From the NCBI GenBank assembly GCA_036785375.1, contig JAWMAR010000040.1, positions 6,324,001-6,388,000 on the forward strand: a DNA stretch of 64,000 bases, written 5' to 3'. A model generated the notes under the pieces. That model did no database searches. It was not told the DNA's origin and saw nothing but the letters and a program-made list of their open reading frames with translations. This document shows positions 1 through 9,800 of the stretch, piece after piece (position 1 is the stretch's first letter; each line of letters opens with the position of its first letter). This stretch comes from Leucoraja ocellata. Its lineage: Eukaryota. A program made the position numbers and the translations under genes.

Positions 1-359
1 ATCCATGTATAGATACCTTGGAAATATGGATGTTGGGCTGTGTGTTGAGACCACTGATTAGGAATGGGGCCACAATAAATGCTTTCCTTTAATTAATTAA
101 TTGGGACAGTGCTGAATCTTCCATATAAACCTGACTTTGCTGCAATTCAAAAGGAGCAAAGGATTTTATGCTAGAAAACCAAAAGGTATTAATAAACAAG
201 TGACATAAACAATTATAATTTTGGTGATATTTATTCTTTTAAAACAATAAATTCTAATGGGACGGATATTAGACTTCAACTCTTATGGATTGTTCAACTC
301 TGGATTACTGATTTAGTAAAACCAGAACCCTAAAACATCTAGTGGGTCAAAATTCCTTC

Positions 360-575
360 AACCCACCAAGACCACGCTGATCATCAATAACCCGTTCACA
401 CTAGGTCTGTTATCTCACTTTATCTTCCACTCCATACACACGCAGGCCATTTAACCTAAAAATCTGCATATCTTAGGGATGTAGGAACAGTCTTATGCAT
501 GCCGAGGAATCCCATGCAGCCAGTGAGAACATGTAAACTGATAGTATCCGAAGTCAGGGTCGAAACTGGATCTCA
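360..575 (-). mobile_element. Degenerate V-SINE (HE1-like) fragment
   Basis: Reverse complement of the SINE body seen at 2062 and 35960 (gtcagggtcgaaactggatctc, cccatgcag, tgtaaact). Confidence 0.6.
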
Positions 576-714
576 ATAATATGGCAATGGAATGGAGAGC
601 AAGACCAGTTCAATCCAACCAAAGTAGTAACTATCATGGGAACTTTATGACTTGCTCATCGTTACGATTTTTTTGTGAACCTGTGTGAAAGATTTTCCCC
701 CTTTCCTTTTATAG

Positions 715-849
715 CATCGGGTTTCGCTAATTTTGGACGCAGATCAGATTGTAGTCCTGTTTGAGGGCACAGTAGCGGAGAACGATTCTGTATCTAATTT
801 GATGAGCAAAGACAGCAAATTTGCCTCTTTAGTGAAGTCCAAAAAATAA
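715..849 (+). CDS. Alternative terminal coding exon ('A-type', SUR2A-like) of a sulfonylurea receptor (ABCC8/ABCC9 family), C-terminus of NBD2
   Basis: Polypyrimidine acceptor ccccctttccttttatAG (713-714), phase 0. Translates HRVSLILDADQIVVLFEGTVAENDSVSNLMSKDSKFASLVKSKK*, resembling the SUR2A tail ([30 protein letters not shown]...). Not in the ORF track because it has no ATG. Confidence 0.8.
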   Translation, partial: HRVSLILDADQIVVLFEGTVAENDSVSNLMSKDSKFASLVKSKK

Positions 850-1050
850 AGATGCAGGCACAAAGGTGACTTGCTGGGTTTGTATGGGAATGGTGTGTAA
901 TTGTTGCAAAAACAGATGTATTCCGCTTCCAAAACTAACCCGGGCTGTGTTTTGCTTTCCAGCGATGAGTGGCTAACCAAGATTCATATTTTTCAAACTA
1001 ATATCTGGCCTTGAAAACAAATCATGCTAATAATTATTTTGGTTTTCCAG

Positions 1051-1188
1051 CATCGTGTGCACACCATTTTGAATGCAGACCTGGTGATTGTGATGAAGAG
1101 AGGAATTATCTTGGAATACGACACTCCCAGCATACTCTTGGAACAAAGAGATGGAACCTTTGCCTCTTTTGTACAGGCAGATAAATGA
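1051..1188 (+). CDS. ABCC8: Terminal coding exon of sulfonylurea receptor SUR1 (exon 39-equivalent, 'B-type')
   Basis: Acceptor ttttggttttccAG (1049-1050). Translates [45 protein letters not shown]. The ADK end matches SUR1, and it lies just upstream of KCNJ11 on the same strand as in other vertebrates. ABCC9 is not fully excluded. Confidence 0.8.
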   Translation, partial: HRVHTILNADLVIVMKRGIILEYDTPSILLEQRDGTFASFVQADK

Positions 1189-1229
1189 TACATAGCAATA
1201 GATGCATTTGTAATTTCATTTGTTCTGTA

Positions 1230-1235
1230 AATAAA
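1230..1235 (+). promoter_or_regulatory. Candidate polyadenylation signal of the SUR gene
   Basis: AATAAA about 40 nt downstream of the stop at 1188. Confidence 0.35.
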
Positions 1236-2061
1236 ATTGGCACATTTCTTACCGATGCAGTGTAGTGGCCAAAGTTTTTCCCTGGTTCGGATGTAAACTA
1301 TTTACCATGTACCTGTCGAATCCCTTTTAAACGTGTTTATAGACCTAATTCTCAGTTTCTGTTTTCGAAGATAGCAATAATTTTGTGTTTTACTGTCCAT
1401 TATTGTTGTCAGCAATCTTCACCGTTCATTCTCCTGCTCCCAGAGCCAATAAGTTATATTAGTCCTACATGCCTTCCTATTTTCACGCCAGTCTGTTTCG
1501 CCCAGAAAGGTTAGTTCTGCCTTTAGGCATCCATATTTGCGAGTCTTTGTAAGTTTGCATCCCTCGATACAATGACAACAACCAGGTAGGATGGGAGAGA
1601 CGCTCTATATGCAGCACTCTTTCAGTGAATCGCAGGGGCCGCACAAGGGTAATGTTGTGTTCAGTGACCTAGAGAGCTTTGTTTATCTGGGCTACAAAAT
1701 AGGCTGACACATCCTTAAACTGCAATGTGAGTCAGTGTCTGTTGTTCAACATATCCTGCTATACTTCAAACCACAAGTACGGAAAACACCTGGGATTTTC
1801 ATCAAAGGGAAATGGTAAATAATTCAGGAGGCAAGACTGATGTCACTTCCAAAATAACATGTCAGGAATAGCACAAAGCAAGATTCTATATTATACATTT
1901 TCAAGAAACGATTGTTTGATTGCGCTATTTATGCTGATTGACAGAAATGTGTGATTAACCAGAAGATTAAAACAATTTCCTTTGGTGGCAGACATCAGGA
2001 CAAAGGAATATAATTAAAATTAGGGCCAAGTTGTTTTGGGTCAGAAAGATGACATAAAAGG

Positions 2062-2285
2062 ATGGCACAGCTAGTACAGCTGCTGCCTCAGTGCCAGAGA
2101 TCCAGGTTCGATCCTCGGGTGCTGTTTGCAACGGAGTTTGCATGTTCTCCCTGTTACCATGAGGGTTTCCTCTGGGTGTTCCAGGTTCCTCCCACATCCT
2201 GAAAATGTGCAGGTTTGTAGATTAATTGGACTGTGAAATGCCCCCAGTGTGTTGGGGGCAGATGAGAAAGTGGGTTAACATAGTT
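2062..2285 (+). mobile_element. tRNA-derived V-SINE (HE1-like)
   Basis: A box TGGCACAGCTAG, B box GGTTCGATCC, V-domain ggagtttgcatgttctccc...gggtttcctc...ttcctcccacatcc. Confidence 0.8.
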
Positions 2286-2535
2286 TCTCCAGCACTTTGT
2301 GTTTTGCTCGAGATTCCAGAATCTACAGTTAATTATCTCCATTTTACCAGAATGATGTCCGAATTAGAGATTCAGCTGCAAGCAGACGTTGCATTGTTTT
2401 CTCTGGAATATCAGAGGTTGAAAAAGAGACCTGATTGAAGTAGATTCCACAGTGAGAGGCACAGATAGGTTAAGCAGTCAATCTTTTTCGCCCGGGGGGG
2501 GGGGGGGGGAGATATGTTAAATACTAGGAGATACA

Positions 2536-2690
2536 AGGGACTGCAGATGCTGGAATCTTGATTAAAACACAAAGTGCTGGAGTAACACAGCATCTGTTAA
2601 CAGGAAATGGACATGCTGCAGCTGAGATGCAGCCTGACCCACTGACTTACTCCAGCACTTTGTGTTTAACTCAGCATTCTGGCATTGGAG
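2536..2690. repeat. Inverted pair (hairpin) of Penelope terminal-repeat-derived sequence
   Basis: aaacacaaagtgctggagtaa (2565-2585) is the exact reverse complement of ttactccagcactttgtgttt (2647-2667). Confidence 0.75.
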
Positions 2691-2799
2691 TCCATCAGCT
2701 TCCCCTATCTGGTTACAGGCATGATTGGCAGCAACAGCTGGCGTGCCCTCCCCTTGCCTCCTCCTTCAACATACAACCTAGGCTTTGAAGCTCTGTAGT

Positions 2800-3983
2800 C
2801 TATGTCTCTATGTGTCGATCTCCCAGTATTTGAAGACTGGCTGCTTGCTCTCTTCTGCCAGTGTTTGCAGGTTGGTTCTCCTCTCTTTGTCTCTGTGATT
2901 GAAGTGGACTGTTCCCTCCCTCCCCCCCCTCCCCAGTGCTTGAAGGTTGATTACCTGTCTCTCTATCCCTGCGCCTTTCTCTCCCCCAGTGCTTGAAGGT
3001 TGAATACCTCTCTCTCTCCATCTCTCTCCCCATGTTTGAAAGTTGGTTGTTCCTGTTCCCCTCTCTCTCACTGTCATTTAAGTGGAATGCTCCTCTCTCT
3101 ACCAGTGTTAGAAGCAGGACTACTACTACTCCCTCCCACTCTTTGACGCTTGATTGCTCCTCTCTATCTCAGTTTTTCACTGTCTGTCATTGAAATGGAC
3201 TATTCCTATCTCTCTCAACCAGTGTTTGCATCGACTGCTCCTTTCTCCTTCTCTCATGCCCCCCCCCCCCCCCCAGGTTTAATGCCGGACCATTTTTCTC
3301 TGTCCCCGAGGCAGACTGCTCCTCTCTGCATGTGTCTTTATCCCACTAGACTGCTGTTCTGTCTCTCTCCCAGTTTGAAGGTTATCTCTCTGTCATTAAT
3401 GTGGACTGCTCTTCTTTCTCCCCGTTTTTGAAGATTGGTTGTTCTCCGCTCTTCTTTCCTCTATTTGAAGCCAGCCTGCTTCTCCCCCTGTCGTTGGTGG
3501 AATGCTCCTAATCTGCTTGAAAGCACACAATTCTCTGTCACTGAAGTAAACTGCTCCTCTCTGTCGTCCTCTATCTTTTAAACGCTGCTCCTCACTCCGT
3601 CACTGAAGTAGACTGCTCCTCTGTTCGAAACACTGCCCCTCTCTGACATTGAAGTTGTCTACTTCTCTCCGTCTCTCTCTCTATTTGAAACACTGGCCCA
3701 CTGTCACTGAAGTAGCCTGCTCCTCTCCCTGTTTGAAAGAACACTGCTCCTCTCTCTGTCACTGAAATAGACTGCCCCTCTCTGACTGTTTGAAAGAACA
3801 CTCCTGCACTGAAGTGGGCTGTACCTCTCTCCTAGTGTTTGAAACCAGACTGCTCCTCTCTGCCATTATTGCAGTGAGACTCTCCGTCTCACTCTCTCCC
3901 CTCCAGTTTTTGAAGCCAATCTGCTCCTCTCTCCCAGTTTGAAGGTTGGTTGTTTTTCTCTGCCCGTTTCTCTCCCTCTCCAG
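2800..3983 (+). repeat. Degenerate pyrimidine-rich minisatellite upstream of KCNJ11
   Basis: Recurring motifs (c)agtgtttgaa, ctgtcactgaagt(a/g)gactgctcctctct with strong CT strand bias. Confidence 0.7.
3955..3983 (+). promoter_or_regulatory. Candidate 3' splice acceptor of a 5'-UTR intron of KCNJ11
   Basis: ttttctctgcccgtttctctccctctcCAG ends exactly where the CpG-rich exon-like sequence begins, 62 nt before the ATG. Confidence 0.5.
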
Positions 3984-4045
3984 TGAGCTGAGCTGAACCG
4001 AGCCCGGCCGGCGGGTGAGGGCACTCGCCCTGCGATGGGCCCACC

Positions 4046-5288
4046 ATGCTGTCGGCCAGGAAAGAGCTGGTGGCCGAGGAGTACGTGCTGCGGCTGCAGG
4101 AGGAGGTGGTGGCACGTCCCGCTGCCGGGAGAGGCCACGTCGGGCTCGCTTCGTCGACAAGCACGGCGCCTGCAATGTGGCGCACACCAACATCCGAGAG
4201 CAAGGCCGCTTCCTGCAGGACGTCTTCACCACGCTGGTCGACCTGAAGTGGCGGCACACGCTGCTCATCTTCACCATGAGCTTCTTGTGCAGCTGGCTGC
4301 TGTTCGCCATGATCTGGTGGCTGTTGGCATTCGCTCACGGCGACCTGGACGACGGAGTAGGTGGAGGGGGCCATCTCCCCCGGCCGTGCCCTGCATCACC
4401 AGCCTCCACTCCTTCACCTCGGCTTTCCTCTTCTCGGTCGAGGTGCAGGTGACCATCGGCTTCGGCGGGCGGATGATCACCGAGGAGTGCCCGTTCGCCA
4501 TCGCCGTGCTGCTGGCGCAGAACATCGTTGGGCTGGTGGTGAACGCCATCATGATGGGCTGCATCTTCATGAAGACGTCGCAGGCGCGGCGGCGGGCCGA
4601 GACGCTCATCTTCAGTCGCTCGGCGGTGGTGGCGCCGCGGGACGGCCGCCTGTGCCTCATGTTCCGTGTGGGCGACCTGCGCACCTCCATGATCATCGGC
4701 GCCACCGTGCGCGCGCAGCTGGTGGGGCGGGCGCGCACGGCCGAGGGGGAGGTGCAGCCGCTGCGGCAGCTCGACGTCTCATTGGACGGGCCGGCAGGGA
4801 GCGGCAGTTCCATCTTCCTGGTCTCGCCCCTCATCGTGGCGCACGTCATCGACGGCTCGAGCCCGCTCTACCGGCTAACGGCCGCCGGCCTGACGCGCGC
4901 CCGCTTCGAGCTGGTCGTCGTGCTCGAGGGCGTGGTGGAGACCACCGGCATCACCACGCAGGCGCGCACCTCCTACCTCTCCACCGAGATCCTGTGGGGG
5001 CACCGCTTCGTCCCCGTCGTCTGCGAGGAGGACGGACGCTACTCGGTCGACTACTCCAAGTTCGGCAACACTGTCAAAGTGTCCACGCCGCCGCTCGGCG
5101 CCCGGCAGCTGGAGATGGAGCAGGCCGAGGCGAGGCACCGGCCCCAGGTCAGCCTGGGGGGCGACGAGATGGAAGAGGCGGAGGAGGAGGGGGTGGAGAT
5201 AGAGGGGGAGGGAAAGGTGGTCAACTTCGATATCTCGCCCGGCGTTAGGAGGAGAAAGAGCTCGGTGTTTCAGAGCGACTGTTTGTGA
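4046..5288 (+). CDS. KCNJ11: ATP-sensitive inward rectifier K+ channel Kir6.2, intronless CDS with two apparent 1-bp deletions (about 4118-4120 and 4366-4370)
   Basis: Kozak ccacc[18 protein letters not shown] (frame of 4046), then [37 protein letters not shown]...AFAHGDL (frame of 4015), then [29 protein letters not shown]...[14 protein letters not shown] (frame of 4035). GFG filter is diagnostic of Kir6. QDVF, HGDL, EEDGRY and the intronless CDS favour Kir6.2 over Kir6.1. Confidence 0.92.
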
Positions 5289-5349
5289 TCAGCAACCCAC
5301 CTTCCCTTTTTCCCCAGGGTGAGGGGAGGAGAGAAGATCTCTTCACACC

Positions 5350-5670
5350 TCTGTACACGTCCCTTCCCAAGTACACACCCCTTCCCAAGTACGCACCCCT
5401 TCCCAAGTACACACCTCCAAACATGTACACGCCCCCTCTCATGTACACACACCTCTCCAGACTCCCTCCCATCTACACACCTCTACGGACCCCCTCCCAT
5501 GTATACACCTCAACAGACCCCATCCCGTGTACACATTCGCCATACACGTCTGCACAAACTACTATCCTATATACACACTTGTCTAGATCCCTTCCATGTG
5601 CCTCTATGAACTACAGACACCCCCATATGCACATCTGTACAGACCCCATCCCCAAGTACGTACCTGACTG
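5350..5670 (+). repeat. 18-bp tandem repeat (cccttcccaagtacacac), degenerating downstream, in the KCNJ11 3' UTR
   Basis: Three near-perfect units at about 5360-5415 followed by divergent tgtacacac units. Confidence 0.75.
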
Positions 5671-6499
5671 GAATTGACAAACAGTATTCATTACAGCCTA
5701 CCTTCACCAGGATAATGGGCAGATTGGGGGGGGGGGGGGAAGGAGATCTATGTACACACACAAACACCTGTCTGGATGCCTTCCCACCACACACATCTCT
5801 TCCCCCTCAATGCTTGCACACCTATCTTGATTCCTCCACATACACATGCCTGAGCCCCTCACACCAGATGCATACATCATCCATCATTCACGATATCACC
5901 TCCCTTCCCCTTCAGCAGAGGTGCTGAAGTTAACAGTTCCCTATACTTAACCTGCAGCCACTGACTTATCACAAAGCACCAAGAATATCTTGAGCAAAAT
6001 GCTGGCTCCAGTGAGGGCTTAAAGGAACATTCACATCACAGAGCCATGAAATCTCAAATTCTGTTGATATGCAAACCATGAGCCCTAGTAGCAATGAACA
6101 GACACTCATTACACTATTTTTCTGTTGCTTTTAATACTACCACAAGACAATCATACAAATGTTCTGATCAGAAACACATTTGTCAAAATGTAAAATACGC
6201 ACATCGCCTGTCTGACCTCCAGATATATATAATCTGATAATCACTCCTGCATAGAATCACCCAGCCTTTCATTTTAAAATATATCTGAAACAAATGTATT
6301 AGTTAGAGCACGTTTCTTGGCTATTGGTTTTGACAGGAATATTTAACAATAATTCCAACAGCAAATGTCAGGATTCTTCATCGTGCACTAATAATTTAAC
6401 CAAGCTAGCCATGTCCTCATGGGATTGAGGATAACTGGGTCCAGCTGAAGTTCTATGGTCAGTAGTAGTTGATGATGGCCACGTTGGAATTCCTAGCAC

Positions 6500-6890
6500 G
6501 AGATTGGAAAGACGGGTTGTATTCACTGGAATTTAGAAGGATGAGATGGGATCTTAGATGCAGGAAAAATGTTCCAAATGTTGGGGGAGTCCAGAACAGG
6601 GGCCACAGTCTAAGAATAAAGGGGAGACCATTTAAAACTGAGATGAGAAAAAAAACTTTTTCACCCAGAGAGTTGTGAATTTGTGGAATTCTCTGCCACA
6701 GAGGGCAGTGGAGGCCAATTCATTGGATGAATTTAAAAGAGAGCTAGAGCTCTTGGGGCTAGCGGAATCAAGGGGTATGGGGAGAAGGTAGGCACTGATT
6801 GTGGATGATCAGCTATGATCACAATGAATGGTGGTACTGTCTCATAGGGCCGAATGGCCTCGCCTGCACTTATTTCTATGTTTCTATGAG
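6500..6890 (+). mobile_element. CR1-type LINE 3' fragment
   Basis: Encodes GLYSLEFRRMR...RGHSLRIKGRPFKTEMRK; ends in (tttctatg)n tail. Confidence 0.8.
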
Positions 6891-9800
6891 GGCAAGAAAA
6901 TTAGTAGTTTTGTAAATGCTGTGCCCCTTCTTCCATTTGCAGTGTGCTCCAATCAATTGACTTGAAGTTCATAAATACCGTTTGGCATTGTAAGTTGCGA
7001 CGAGCAGGGATTCACAGGAGTATTGTTGACATTTTTTAATCATCTCCTTTTCCCCTTGTAATTTATTGTCTTAATGAAGTTTGGAGTAGCGTGTTTGATT
7101 CTGATTCATGGATTGTCCCTTGGAGCTGACGGTGCAGTTGGTCCCCAATGCTGAGGATATTGGCCAGGGAGAGATTATTGATTGACATTGGTCCGCTATG
7201 TAAGCGTAGTGGCAGGTGGGATATTTGCCACGTGGTAAACCATGGCCTATGTTCCTGTGCAGGTGGTAGTAAAAGTCATGCTCAGTGTATGCCTTCGTAG
7301 ACAGGTAGCTACTGTTGCTCGTGAAGTTCTCCCCATTTATAATGGCCTTTATTGTCAGGAGGCAGTTTGTTAGAGTGAAGCAGCTTGGAAGAGGACTTTA
7401 CTTTTATAGATGTTTAATATAAGGCCATGCTTTAGTGAACAAGTCAGCCATAATTTGGAGCCAAGCCTCTGAACATAAAGAGACTGAAGAGACAAGGTAT
7501 AGCAGATGCTGGTTTACCAAAAAAATGCAGGTCTGGAAAAACTCAGGGGTCAGAGAGTATCTCATAGATAGTGACGTTTAGTAGGGGGGGAGAAAGCTGG
7601 AAAAGACGTGGAGGCAGGACAGAGCCTGGGAAGTGATAGTTAGACTGAGAAACCATTTGCGTACTGTAGCTCAACAATGGTTCGGGGTAGTTGGTCTAAA
7701 GTGGAGCCGTTACCAAGTTTAAGTTTCCTATTCATCCTGTAGATTAATTCAACTCCCATGGATAGCTTGTGCTAGATAAATGCAAGTTTAAGTAAACTGT
7801 TCAAGTATTGACATAACCTTGTGTTACTAACCTAATAAATTTATTAGATCATCATAGACAGTACAGCATAAGAACAGGCTCTTCAGCCCACAATATCCAT
7901 GTTCAATATGATGCCAAATAATTTCCTACACCTGCACATGATCCATATCCCTCCATTATTTATATAACCATGTGCTTGTCCAAAAGCCTCTTAAATAGTA
8001 TGACTGTATCTGCCTCCATCACCACACCTGACAGTGCGTTCCAGTCACACACTACCCTCTGTATAAAATAACTTTGCCCCTCTCACCGTAAAGCTATCCC
8101 ATCAAATCTTTGACATTTCCACCCTGGGGAAAAAGGTTCTGACTTCCTATCGAATATTGTACGTGCATACTACTGCAGTACATCCTGGATCTATACTTTC
8201 ATTTTTATTCATACCACTTTGTTGTTTAGCTGGCAAATGGCACTTCTTCCCAAAATTGTATACATGCTGACTAATTGTAGAAAATGTTTTGTTCAGAAAA
8301 ATGTCATGACTTAAGAAAGGCTGGTAAAACACAGAATGGCATTTTAGGACTATATTACAATGCAGAGGATGGCATGCTATTCATTACAGCCAAAAATAAC
8401 TTTATAAATAATGGCAAGTATCTAAGCTTGTCTTCGGCACTATGGTGATAAATTGTATATTGCGGACTTATTGTACATTTATTATGTTATCCTTAAATTG
8501 ATGTTTGTTACCATGCCCCATTTTCAAAGTATGAACAATTAAATCCAAAAAATTGAGTGAAGCAATAATTCAACCTGTAAATGTTGAAACTATACTTGAA
8601 TGATTGAAAATAAACTAGTTGACTACTGTTATAATTCTTATAACGGCCAAGAATGAAAAAGCCACCCAGGGATGTATCCAGGAATATGATGAAATAGAAG
8701 TTTTTGTAAACATTATATATTTATTAATCTTCTGTATTTTTAATACGAACTTTTCAGATGCAAATATGTGCATTCTTAAAGTATGATCAGTTTCAAATGA
8801 ATGTTCTTGAAGTTTTATTTTGGAATGGGAAGAATAATAGTGATATATGCTAAAGCAGAGACTTATTTAAAAGGATTTTCCTCTATTCCAGGGGAATTAG
8901 GTTTTTATATTACTTATTGGTAAGAATTTGGAACATAATAATAATGTAAATGTATTTTGGCAATAAGATTGATATTTGGAATGAACTGCCAGAGCAGATT
9001 GTTGAGGCAGGTACTATAACAGCATTTCTAAGACTCTTGGACATGTACATAGATAGGAAACGTTTAGAGGGATGTGGGCAAAACATGAGCAAATTAGACT
9101 AGTTTAGATGGGGCATCTTTGTCGGCATGGACGTATTTGGCCAAAGGGCCTGTTTGGTGCTCCAATGACACTGATTCTAATGTCCTTTTCAGATTCCCAT
9201 ATAAGCCTTCTCTTTAAATTATTTACAATGGCTCTACTCAGAATCTACACATATATAGACATTGCATCCATATATTTTAAGAAAATTATTGGTTATTGAT
9301 CGCTGAATCAAGTAGTCAATGATTACTAAAAGCATGTAGTTGGAGTGCAAGGGAGAAATGGCAAGTTGGAGTTGCCAGGATGGTGCTTGTATCCTATGGT
9401 TAGAATAATGATTTCTTGGTTTGCAATCAAAGATTACAAACATTTTGAACCAGGTGATCTAACCTGCATCAGGAGCATGTACAGCAGCACCATGTTCCCA
9501 TATCGGGGGGGGGGGGGGGGGGGGGGGGGAGAGGGCGCAATTCCACAAAAGGAAGGCGAGTGAATTATTGTGCACACTTCATTAATTATACAAGGATATT
9601 TTCAGGTGAAATGTTAATACAGGTAGTAAATTAAATAAATTCCAACATATCTAGCATCAATTAACCTCAAATTGTCAACGTTTTCATAGGGAAATTGACA
9701 AAAATTAAAATCCAAACTTCTACAAAGAAAACTAAAATAACCTTAAATTAAGTGGCTGACATTGCATGATCTAATGGTGCTAAATAAAGATCCGTGACAA

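Noticed and set aside
1-714. Penultimate SUR exon ([21 protein letters not shown])
   Set aside because: No matching sequence; it must be upstream of the window.
1051-4046. Possible SUR-Kir6.2 fusion protein via the acceptor at 3983
   Set aside because: A phase-0 splice from the penultimate SUR exon into 3984 meets TGA immediately, so no fusion ORF results.
3759-5248. Long antisense and alternate-frame ORFs over KCNJ11 (183, 161, 192, 295 aa)
   Set aside because: Expected by-product of extreme GC3; low-complexity Arg/Gly/Ala translations with no recognisable domain.
4046-5288. Assignment as KCNJ8/Kir6.1
   Set aside because: The CDS is intronless and the diagnostic residues (QDVF, HGDL, PC.TS.HSF, TSYL, EEDGRY) fit Kir6.2.
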